Below, one piece after another: positions 36,933-44,893 of a stretch of DNA of 64,000 nucleotides. Source of the stretch: a virus (lineage: Duplodnaviria; Caudoviricetes); IMG/VR virus record IMGVR_UViG_3300042402_003952, one strand, 5' to 3'. The notes beneath the pieces are model-generated. The model was not told the origin of the DNA, did no database searches, and saw only the letters and a program-made list of their open reading frames with translations. Numbering within the stretch: position 1 is the stretch's first letter; each line of letters starts with the position of its first letter. Position numbers and translations under genes: made by a program.

Positions 36933-38096
36933 ATGCCTACCAAATCTAACATTATGATCGACCAAGCAATCTCCATCCTGAAAGAAAAGTTTGGCACCGA
37001 GTTTGGTGTCGATGCAGTGAAAGAAGTTGCAAATGAAATTGGCACTTCGTATGCGACCCTTTCCAAATACTTGAATCAGTATAAAGTGGGTCGTGGTAAA
37101 TGGAATCTGGAGGCAACCGTGCAAGAACTTGAAGAAACCTACAACTCTCCTGCTGTAGAAGGAACTGATACGGTTCCTGGTGTGGCAACTATGAACTCTG
37201 TTGTGCAAAATCTCATTCCCAACAAAGATGCTACCTTCGTCAGCTTTGGTAATTTTTCGGATATTAAGAAAGTTATTCAGTCTGGTCTATTCTATCCTGC
37301 TTTCATCACTGGTCTTTCTGGTAATGGAAAAACTTTCGGTGTGGAACAGTCTTGTGCCCAACTTGGTCGGGAACTGATTCGTGTCAATATCACTATTGAG
37401 ACTGACGAGGATGACCTGATTGGTGGTTTCCGATTGGTGAATGGTGAAACCGTGTGGCATAATGGTCCTGTGGTAGAAGCAATGGAACGTGGTGCTATCC
37501 TTCTGCTGGATGAGGTTGACCTTGCTTCTAACAAGATTATGTGTCTGCAATCTGTTCTTGAGGGTAAGGGTGTCTTCCTCAAGAAAATCGGTAAGCACGT
37601 TGTTCCCAAGTCAGGTTTCAACGTGATTGCAACCGCAAACACCAAAGGTAAAGGTTCTGATGACGGTCGGTTCATTGGCACGAACGTTCTCAACGAGGCA
37701 TTCCTGGAACGATTCCCTATCACCTTTGAGCAGGAGTATCCTACTGTCAGCGTTGAAACAAAAATCTTGACTAAAGTTGCAGAATCACTTAATATTCCTA
37801 TGATTGGTGAGCATACTGATTTTATCAAGCACCTTTGTACCTGGTCTGAGATTATTCGTAAGACCTTCAACGATGGTGGTATTGATGAAGTCATCAGCAC
37901 TCGTCGTCTGGTTCATATCATCAAGGCATATTCTATCTTCGGTAAGAAGGACAAAGCAATCAAGGTTTGTCTTAATCGTTTTGATGATGAAACCAAAGCA
38001 ACTTTTGTTGAGTTGTATGACAAGATCGACGCAGAGTTCAAAACTACTGAAAGTGAATATGTGACATACGACCTTGACCACCAACAACAATCCTGA
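36933..38096 (+). CDS. cobS: CobS/MoxR-like AAA+ ATPase
   Basis: GLSGNGKT, ETDEDDLIGG, LLLDEVD, ATANTKG.G, NEAFLERF, STRRL. Confidence 0.9.
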   Translation: MPTKSNIMIDQAISILKEKFGTEFGVDAVKEVANEIGTSYATLSKYLNQYKVGRGKWNLEATVQELEETYNSPAVEGTDTVPGVATMNSVVQNLIPNKDATFVSFGNFSDIKKVIQSGLFYPAFITGLSGNGKTFGVEQSCAQLGRELIRVNITIETDEDDLIGGFRLVNGETVWHNGPVVEAMERGAILLLDEVDLASNKIMCLQSVLEGKGVFLKKIGKHVVPKSGFNVIATANTKGKGSDDGRFIGTNVLNEAFLERFPITFEQEYPTVSVETKILTKVAESLNIPMIGEHTDFIKHLCTWSEIIRKTFNDGGIDEVISTRRLVHIIKAYSIFGKKDKAIKVCLNRFDDETKATFVELYDKIDAEFKTTESEYVTYDLDHQQQS

Positions 38097-38102
38097 TAGG
38101 AT
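38074..38102 (+). promoter_or_regulatory. Sigma70-type promoter inside the cobS 3' end (TTGACC-17-TAGGAT)
   Basis: Read directly, with extended TG. Confidence 0.5.
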
Positions 38103-38151
38103 ATAAGGAGGTCAATGTGCCTCCTCTTTTTACTTTTTACTATGAAACAAA

Positions 38152-38652
38152 ATGTCTGAAAATTTTGAGAGCACTTACAAAAGTACAATTCCAAATCAAG
38201 ATTTCTGGGAGTATGATGGTATTAGCATGACAGGAAATCCTTACCCATCTACAGACACTATTACCTTTACTGGTTCTCGCCTTCCTGGTGGATTGGGCGA
38301 TGATCATATTTCACTCTCAAATTTTACTATTAAAATGACTGAAGATACTAACAAGAATGGTTTCTGGAAATACGAAGAAGACAAAACTCTGAAAGAGATT
38401 GAGCAATATCTTTCCAGCACTTATCACCAACACTATACTTCTCAAGAATCCAAAACTCAAACTTTGGATTTGATTGAAAGCATTGGTGATGCTGAACCAT
38501 TCACGCGATCAAATGCTATCAAGTATCTGTCTCGTTTTGGTAAAAAGAATGGTAAATCGAAAATGGACATTCTGAAAGCGATCCATTACTGTATTCTTCT
38601 TTATCATTTTGCAGGTCTACATAAGAATACTACTTCTGATTTTCCATATTGA
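38152..38652 (+). CDS. Hypothetical protein with a DUF3310-like C-terminus
   Basis: Y..STY..HY, F...NAIKYL.R.GKK.G...DI.KAIHY. Confidence 0.7.
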   Translation: MSENFESTYKSTIPNQDFWEYDGISMTGNPYPSTDTITFTGSRLPGGLGDDHISLSNFTIKMTEDTNKNGFWKYEEDKTLKEIEQYLSSTYHQHYTSQESKTQTLDLIESIGDAEPFTRSNAIKYLSRFGKKNGKSKMDILKAIHYCILLYHFAGLHKNTTSDFPY

Positions 38653-38654
38653 TC

Positions 38655-39341
38655 ATGAAACTCCAAGATAAAACTATGAAACTCTCTGATAAAACTCTTA
38701 CACTTCTAAAGAATTTTTCTTCAATTAATCAATCAATTCTTTTTAAGGAGGGAAATTGTCTGAAAACTATTTCTGTAATGAAGAACATCCTTGCAGAGGC
38801 GAAGATTGAAGAGGAAATTCCCAAAGATTTTGGAATCTATGATTTGAACCAGTTTTTGAATGGATTGAATCTGCATAAAAATGCAGAACTTGATTTTCAA
38901 AACGATAGTTATGTGGTTATTAAAGAAGGTAAATCACGTTCCAAATATTTCTTTGCTGATCCTAATGTAATTGTTACTCCTCCAGATAAAGATATTGTTC
39001 TTCCTTCTGAAGACGTTTGTTTCCTTCTTGATACCAAAGAACTTGATAAACTGCTTAAGGCTGCTGCTGTTTATCAACTTCCTGACCTGTCTGTGGTTGG
39101 TGAAGCAGGTGTGGTGAAACTGGTGGTTCGTGATAAGAAGAATGATACTTCCAATGACTTTTCTGTAGTTGTGGGTGAAACTGATGAAGTTTTTACTTTT
39201 AACTTCAAAGTAGAAAATATTAAGATCCTTCCTGGAAACTATGAGGTAGTAATTTCAAGTAAACTTCTGTCACGATTTAAGAATACTGGATTTGATGTCG
39301 TGTATCATATTGCTATGGAACCTGATTCTACATTTGGTTGA
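38655..39341 (+). CDS. gp45: Sliding clamp
   Basis: MKLS..TL..LKNFS.INQSI, FGIYDLN.FL, F.FNFKVEN.K..PG.Y, IA.EPDS. Confidence 0.96.
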   Translation: MKLQDKTMKLSDKTLTLLKNFSSINQSILFKEGNCLKTISVMKNILAEAKIEEEIPKDFGIYDLNQFLNGLNLHKNAELDFQNDSYVVIKEGKSRSKYFFADPNVIVTPPDKDIVLPSEDVCFLLDTKELDKLLKAAAVYQLPDLSVVGEAGVVKLVVRDKKNDTSNDFSVVVGETDEVFTFNFKVENIKILPGNYEVVISSKLLSRFKNTGFDVVYHIAMEPDSTFG

Positions 39342-39853
39342 TGAACATTTTCGTTACAAATCCATTCCCTGCTGAGAGTGCCATTTGCCTCCCCGATAAG
39401 CACATCGTTAAGATGCCACTAGAGTGTTGTCAAATGCTTTCGATCGTGGCATCAGAAAAGTGGGGACACGGATACGGCACTCTCCCTAAGGCAGATGGAA
39501 CTCCCTACAAGACCGAGAAAGGAGCATTCCGCAATCATCCCTGCACCAAGTGGGCACTGGAGAGCATCCATAATGCCTACTGGTTAATCAAGTGGGGATT
39601 GAACTTGTCTGATGAATACTGCCTGCGGTATAATAAAACTCACTCCTGTTATAAAACTCTTGTGGATGCATACTATTTGTTTCCCAGGGGCAAGATTACA
39701 GAAGTGACTCCATTTGCTCGTGCTATGCCTGAGGAATGGAAGTTTGACGACACTATTGATACATTTGAAGCATACAAGAGGTATATTGCATCCAAGCCTT
39801 GGGTGTCTGATAATTACCTCCGTATGCCTGAACGCAAACCTGATTGGGTCTAA
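39341..39853 (+). CDS. Pyrimidine-dimer DNA glycosylase-like protein
   Basis: MNIF......A..LPDKH.VKMPLE..QMLS, HPCT.W, PF..AMP, AY..Y..SK.W. Confidence 0.75.
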   Translation: MNIFVTNPFPAESAICLPDKHIVKMPLECCQMLSIVASEKWGHGYGTLPKADGTPYKTEKGAFRNHPCTKWALESIHNAYWLIKWGLNLSDEYCLRYNKTHSCYKTLVDAYYLFPRGKITEVTPFARAMPEEWKFDDTIDTFEAYKRYIASKPWVSDNYLRMPERKPDWV

Positions 39854-39856
39854 ATT

Positions 39857-40801
39857 ATGACAAGTGAATTTCTTTTTGTGGAAAAATATCGTCCTCAAGT
39901 AATTGATGACTGTATTCTTCCTGATGAAACTAAAAAAACATTTAAGGAGTTTGTAGAGAAAGGAGAGATTCCGAACCTTCTTCTTGCAGGTCCTCCTGGT
40001 ATTGGTAAAACTACCATTGCAAAAGCATTGTGTAATGAGTTGGGAGCAGATTTTTATGTCATCAACGGATCCGACGAAGGACGTTTCCTGGATACTGTAC
40101 GGAATCAAGCAAAGAACTTCGCTTCGACCGTCTCACTTACGGGATCTTCTAAACACAAAGTCATCATCATCGATGAGGCAGACAATACCGGTAATGATGT
40201 TCAACTCCTACTACGAGCGAATATTGAGGCATTTTATAACAACTGCCGATTCATCTTCACCTGCAACTACAAAAACAAAATCATTGAACCTCTTCACTCT
40301 CGATGCGCAGTTATCGATTTCACAATCAAAGGAAAGCAACGAGTGCAACTTGCGGGAAGTTTCTTTCAACGACTTCAATCAATCTTGGATTCGGAAAAGA
40401 TTGAATACGATCAAAAAGTCCTTGCAGAACTTGTATCAAAGCACTTTCCTGATTTCAGGCGTGTTCTCAACGAATGTCAAAGATATTCTGCAGGAGGAAA
40501 AATCGACGCGGGCATTCTTGCATCTTTCTCAGACGTTTCTGTAAATGAACTTGTCAAATCTCTCAAAGATAAAAACTTTCCTGAAGTCCGAAAGTGGGTG
40601 GTCAGTAACTTGGACAACGACGCTTCTCATCTACTTCGCAGGGTTTATGACGCCGCTTTTGATCACCTTGTTCCCTCATCTATCCCTGCTGCCGTTCTTG
40701 TTATTGCTAAGTATCAATACCAATGTGCGTTCGTGGCTGACCAAGAAATTAACCTCCTAGCAGCATTAACAGAACTTATGTGTGAATGTGAATTTCGTTA
40801 A
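39857..40801 (+). CDS. gp44: Clamp loader large subunit
   Basis: EKYRP, G.PG.GKTT, INGSDEG, IIIDEAD, PLHSRC, FPDFRR.LNE.QRY. Confidence 0.97.
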   Translation: MTSEFLFVEKYRPQVIDDCILPDETKKTFKEFVEKGEIPNLLLAGPPGIGKTTIAKALCNELGADFYVINGSDEGRFLDTVRNQAKNFASTVSLTGSSKHKVIIIDEADNTGNDVQLLLRANIEAFYNNCRFIFTCNYKNKIIEPLHSRCAVIDFTIKGKQRVQLAGSFFQRLQSILDSEKIEYDQKVLAELVSKHFPDFRRVLNECQRYSAGGKIDAGILASFSDVSVNELVKSLKDKNFPEVRKWVVSNLDNDASHLLRRVYDAAFDHLVPSSIPAAVLVIAKYQYQCAFVADQEINLLAALTELMCECEFR

Positions 40802-40837
40802 ACTACTCCACTACTATTTAGTAAAGGAGTAGTTTAA
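40798..40837. promoter_or_regulatory. 12-bp inverted repeat with a reverse-oriented CTAAATA in its 16-nt loop
   Basis: ttaaactactcc / ggagtagtttaa; loop actactatttagtaaa (reverse complement tttaCTAAATAgtagt). Confidence 0.7.
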
Positions 40838-40842
40838 AAGTT

Positions 40843-41241
40843 ATGGCTAAAGGCACTATCTACGAGCATAGAGAACCAACAGAAACAGAACTTGCTTGGG
40901 TTACTGGTATATGGGAAGGTGAGGGGTCTTGGTCTTACAAAAAAGGTAGAACGAGAATTTTTCCTAATGGAAAAATTTATACTGAAAAAGATTACCTTGT
41001 TATGAAGATGTCTATGACTGATCAAGATATTATGGAACGAGTTGCTGTTATAATGGATGGTAGAAAAATTACTTGGAGTGATGGTGGACCAGTTCACAAA
41101 GCAGCAGGACAAAAACCTTGCTATCATATTAGTCTTCAGGGTGAGGCAGCAAAAAGATGGACTGAATTGATGGCACCTTATCTTGGAAATAGACGCCGAG
41201 AAAAGTATGAAATGATTATGGAGAAATTGAATGCCAATTAG
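40843..41241 (+). mobile_element. Single-motif LAGLIDADG-like homing endonuclease
   Basis: ELAWVTGIWEGEGS matches the LAGLIDADG helix; ...MTD..I....W...G...PY...RR C-terminal pattern. Confidence 0.7.
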
Positions 41242-42091
41242 TCAAAAACAATTAAAAACCTGTTTGAGATATCCGGGCGGCAAAAGTAGAGCAGTCGCAA
41301 AGATGGGACCTTATTTTCCCGACCTTCGCAATTATGATGAGTTCCGTGAACCATTTCTTGGTGGGGGAAGCGTTGCAATTTATATCACAAAGAAGTATCC
41401 TGGATTAAATATTTGGGTAAATGACCTTTATGAACCTCTTGTAAACTTCTGGCAACAACTCCAGATGTTTGGGAATGATCTGAAGAATGAATTGGTTGAT
41501 TGTAAAGTTGCTTACAATACTCCCGAACTTGCAAGGGAACTCTTTCTAAAGTCAAAGGAGCATATAAATGATGAGTCTGAAACGAACTTTAATCGTGCTG
41601 TCGCTTTCTATATTGTTAACAAATGCTCTTTTAGTGGTCTTACCGAAAGTTCATCTTTTTCAGAGCAAGCAAGTAACTCCAATTTTTCCTTGCGAGGAAT
41701 TGGAAAATTGCCAGAGTATTCCAAGTTAATTGCTAATTGGTGTATAACTAACTATTCATATGATTATCTGATGGATGGGAACAAAGGTGCTTTTATGTAT
41801 CTCGATCCTCCTTATGATATTAAGGATAATCTCTATGGGAACAAAGGATCAATGCACAAAAGATTTGATCACGATAAGTTTGCTGCTGATTGCGATACTA
41901 ATAATATGGATCAATTGATCAGTTATAATTCAGATCAACTTGTGAAGGATCGTTTTAAGAACTGGAATGCTGTTGAGTTTGATCTTACGTATACGATGAG
42001 ATCTGTTGGTGAATATATGCGAGAACAAAAACAACGTAAAGAACTTTTGCTTTTTAATTATGGAATTGAAGGACTGGTTGGACTCAATTAA
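41231..42091 (+). CDS. dam: DNA adenine methyltransferase (D12 class)
   Basis: RYPGGKS, REPFLGGGSV, ND, Y.DPPY, SYN. Confidence 0.93.
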   Translation: MPISQKQLKTCLRYPGGKSRAVAKMGPYFPDLRNYDEFREPFLGGGSVAIYITKKYPGLNIWVNDLYEPLVNFWQQLQMFGNDLKNELVDCKVAYNTPELARELFLKSKEHINDESETNFNRAVAFYIVNKCSFSGLTESSSFSEQASNSNFSLRGIGKLPEYSKLIANWCITNYSYDYLMDGNKGAFMYLDPPYDIKDNLYGNKGSMHKRFDHDKFAADCDTNNMDQLISYNSDQLVKDRFKNWNAVEFDLTYTMRSVGEYMREQKQRKELLLFNYGIEGLVGLN

Positions 42092-42428
42092 TTTTACGAA
42101 AGAAGATTTGTCGGAGAGTATTAAAGATTATCCTCCTTATATTATTAATAAATGTTTGTCCGGACATATTGATTGTGTTCTTTTTGTAAATGAAATGAAT
42201 ATGATGCATCAACTTGATAAAGATATGCAATATTCATTTTATCTAAATAGTCTAAGGAAACGGAAGAGATTTTCTCCCTGGCTCCGTAAAGATAAGATTA
42301 CAGATTTAGAATGTATTAAATCATACTATGGTTATAGTAATGAAAAGGCATCTCAAGCACTGAAAATCTTAACAAAAGAACAACTAACTTTCATCAAACA
42401 AAGACTTGATATTGGAGGAAAAAAATGA
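42060..42428 (+). CDS. gp62: Clamp loader small subunit
   Basis: LKDWL.SIN, YPP.IIN.CLS, KRKRFSPW, YYGYSNEKA..AL. Confidence 0.93.
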   Translation: MELKDWLDSINFTKEDLSESIKDYPPYIINKCLSGHIDCVLFVNEMNMMHQLDKDMQYSFYLNSLRKRKRFSPWLRKDKITDLECIKSYYGYSNEKASQALKILTKEQLTFIKQRLDIGGKK

Positions 42429-42862
42429 CTACTACGGTAGAACCTACTGTTGAATGGTCTCAAGACCAAATGGTAGAGGTGATTCTTAATGAACCTGATG
42501 ATTTTCTGAAAGTTCGTGAAACTTTGACTCGCATCGGAGTTGCATCAAGAAAGGAGAAAAAACTTTATCAATCCTGCCATATTCTTCACAAGCAGGGTAG
42601 ATATTATATTGTTCACTTTAAGGAACTGTTTGCTCTTGATGGTAAACATGCAAATCTTACTGTGAATGATGTTCAGCGTCGTAATCGTATTGCACGTCTT
42701 CTTGCCGATTGGGGTTTAATTACTGTCGTAAAGGCAGATTCCGTTTCTGATATTGCACCACTCAATCAAATTAAAGTCCTTGCATATAAGGACAAGGGTG
42801 ATTGGATTCTGGAGCAAAAGTATAATATCGGTAAGAAAGGAAAAGCAGTAGAAACCGAATAA
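42425..42862 (+). CDS. regA: Translational repressor
   Basis: PDDFLKVRETLTRIGVASR, LYQSCHILHKQGRY.IVHFKELF.LDG. Confidence 0.97.
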   Translation: MTTTVEPTVEWSQDQMVEVILNEPDDFLKVRETLTRIGVASRKEKKLYQSCHILHKQGRYYIVHFKELFALDGKHANLTVNDVQRRNRIARLLADWGLITVVKADSVSDIAPLNQIKVLAYKDKGDWILEQKYNIGKKGKAVETE

Positions 42863-42946
42863 ATAGTTTGGTGCCATTCGTGCGGCACTCTACAAAAGTC
42901 GGAACACCCTAAAGAGAAGTACGGTTTTTACCTTGCTTCTCTTTTT
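42858..42946 (+). ncRNA. Candidate small structured late RNA between regA and hsp20
   Basis: AATAAATA, then a gtgcc/ggcac hairpin, then an aagagaag/cttctctt terminator with a T run; no ORF. Confidence 0.4.
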
Positions 42947-43021
42947 GTTTTATGATTAAATAATATTGATCGCCTTATAGGGATCACACAATCAAACCTC
43001 GCTTTTAAAGGAGCTACTATA

Positions 43022-43456
43022 ATGACTAATCTGATGAAGTATCAGGCTGCGGATCTTCCTGCTTTGCTGGAAAGAATTAATCGCAATACGATTGGTATGG
43101 ATGAATACTTTGATCGTATTTTTAAAATTCACGAAACAACCTCTAACTATCCCCCCTACAACCTAGTTCAAGTAAGCAACGTAGAATCGCGACTTGAACT
43201 TGCACTTGCTGGATTTAAGAAGAAGGAGGTTTATGTCTACACTCAAGACGGCAAACTCTTTATTGAAGGTCAAAAAGAAGATAAAGAAACGGAGTTCAAC
43301 TATCTCCACAAGGGTTTGGCTCAACGGTCATTTACACGTTCCTGGACACTCTCTGATGATACGGAAGTTAGATCAGTTGATTTTGAGGATGGGCTTCTGA
43401 CAGTCACTCTTGGTAGAATTGTTCCAGATCATCATAAGAGAAAGGATTATCTCTAA
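43022..43456 (+). CDS. hsp20: Small heat shock protein (IbpA/Hsp20)
   Basis: IG.D.YF, NYPPYN, ELALAGF, Y.HKGLA.RSF.RSW.L, F.DGLL.V. Confidence 0.95.
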   Translation: MTNLMKYQAADLPALLERINRNTIGMDEYFDRIFKIHETTSNYPPYNLVQVSNVESRLELALAGFKKKEVYVYTQDGKLFIEGQKEDKETEFNYLHKGLAQRSFTRSWTLSDDTEVRSVDFEDGLLTVTLGRIVPDHHKRKDYL

Positions 43457-43469
43457 ATAAAAATAAAAA

Positions 43470-43625
43470 ATGAAAACTTTTCAGGAATTTGTATCTATAA
43501 TTAAAGAAATGAAAGGTGATTTTGGATATGGTGTTATGCCACCAAAACCAAAATGTTATGGAAAAACCACTACATATGCTATGCTTCCTGGAAAGAAGGT
43601 TTGTAAGTTTAAAAGAAAGAGATAA
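43470..43625 (+). CDS. Small basic protein (51 aa) with a capsid-targeting-like N-terminus; not in the ORF track
   Basis: CTAAATA at 43453; MKTFQEFVSIIKEMKGDFG...KCYGK...VCKFKRKR. Confidence 0.7.
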   Translation: MKTFQEFVSIIKEMKGDFGYGVMPPKPKCYGKTTTYAMLPGKKVCKFKRKR

Positions 43626-43648
43626 ATATAATTGAATATCGTCGGCGC

Positions 43649-43692
43649 ATGAGGAGCACCTGGCAAAATCCAGGATAACTCCTCATTTTTTA
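43649..43692 (+). terminator. Two-tier hairpin terminator
   Basis: atgaggag/ctcctcat outer stem, cctgg/ccagg inner stem, T run, then TATAAATA at 43691. Confidence 0.8.
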
Positions 43693-43724
43693 TAAATACC
43701 AATAAAGAGTAGGTGTGATTTTAA

Positions 43725-44303
43725 ATGGAATATTATACATATGCTTATTTTGATGAAAATAATATTCCTTATTATATTGGTAAAGGAAAAGGTAAAAGAG
43801 CTTGGGATAAAAATCACTCTGTTTTAATACCTCCAAATGAAAGAATAGTAATTTTGAAGGACAATCTTACGGAGGAAGATGCATTTAAGCATGAAATTTA
43901 TTTAATCGAAATTCTTGGTAGAAAAAGTCAAGGAACTGGTATATTGGAAAATATACATAGTGGTGGATGTCAACCCTCTGGATTTATACAGCACTCGGAA
44001 GAAACTAAATCTATGATGAGATTGAGAAGACACAGTGAAGAAACAAAGAGAAAAATCGGAGAATCTTCAAAAGGACGCCCCTGTAAAGAAGAAGTAAAAC
44101 AAAAATTATCAAAACTGTGGACTGGAAGAAAATTAACAGAGGATACGAAAAATAAAATAAGTAAATCTCATATGAGTAAAAAATTAAGTGAAGAGACAAA
44201 AAGAAAAATGAGTGACGCAAAAAAACAAATGAGTGAAGAGACGAAAAGAAAAATGAGTGAAAAGGCAAAATTGAGAGAAGCAAAAAAACGAGGAGAAACT
44301 TGA
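43725..44303 (+). mobile_element. Free-standing GIY-YIG-type homing endonuclease with multiple NUMOD3 repeats
   Basis: YYTYAY...PYYIGKGKGKR, E..AF.HE, five or more SEETKRK[IM]S repeats. Confidence 0.82.
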
Positions 44304-44328
44304 CTCCTCCTTTTTTTATTGCTAGAAT
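44300..44328 (+). promoter_or_regulatory. Sigma70-type promoter (TTGACT-17-TAGAAT) overlapping a terminator hairpin and the endonuclease stop codon
   Basis: gaggag/ctcctc stem plus T run; -35 at 44300, -10 at 44323. Confidence 0.75.
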
Positions 44329-44349
44329 AATCGGAGGTATGAGACAAAA

Positions 44350-44694
44350 ATGACTGTAAAACTTGCACTATTGAAATCCGGAGAGGATGTAATCGCAGAT
44401 ATTCAAGAAATGGTTATTGAAGAAAAAGTAGTTGGATATATCTTCAATAAACCTTGTCATATTAAAATGAAATTGAAAGAAGAAGATGAAAAATCTGATT
44501 CTGTTAAGATTAGATTGGTTCCTTGGATTCTTCTTTCAAAGGATACAAAAATTCCAGTATCCTTGGATTGGGTAATTACTATAGTGGAACCAATCGATCA
44601 ACTTTCTAAAATGTATCAAGAGGATATTTTAAACAATGGAAATAGTCAAAATATTGTTATTAACCAACAATCAAATTCTGATCAGTCGGATTGA
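44350..44694 (+). CDS. Conserved hypothetical protein
   Basis: MTVKLALLKSGE.VIADI...PW..LS...IP...DWV.TIVEP; GGAGG RBS. Confidence 0.75.
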   Translation: MTVKLALLKSGEDVIADIQEMVIEEKVVGYIFNKPCHIKMKLKEEDEKSDSVKIRLVPWILLSKDTKIPVSLDWVITIVEPIDQLSKMYQEDILNNGNSQNIVINQQSNSDQSD

Positions 44695-44893
44695 AGAAGT
44701 TGGTGCTGATATTGGAGAACCCGATTGCAAACTTGTTAATCCGTTTGTAGTGAAAAGTGATAAAACTCTAGATCCATTTCTCTGTGGATATACAAAACAA
44801 AATACATTTATGATGAGTTCGGATAAAATTATTACACTTTCTGATCCAACTCCAACTCTACTTGAAAAATATGGGGATTTAATTAAGGAATGA
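44636..44893 (+). CDS. Conserved hypothetical protein upstream of gp43
   Basis: IEEVGADIGEPDCKL.NP...M.SDKI.TL.DP...L.EKY. Confidence 0.75.
   Translation: MEIVKILLLTNNQILISRIEEVGADIGEPDCKLVNPFVVKSDKTLDPFLCGYTKQNTFMMSSDKIITLSDPTPTLLEKYGDLIKE

Noticed and set aside
33384-37900. Long minus-strand ORFs (e.g. 33723-34256, 37292-37900; similarly 22692-23225, 39584-40108, 60904-61410)
   Set aside because: They are shadows of strongly biased plus-strand genes, with no RBS, promoter or recognisable motifs. The only credible minus-strand gene is 59599-60192.
41775-41847. 13-bp direct repeat atgggaacaaagg in dam
   Set aside because: Both copies are in frame (GNKG) within conserved coding sequence; there is no sign of an insertion or target duplication.
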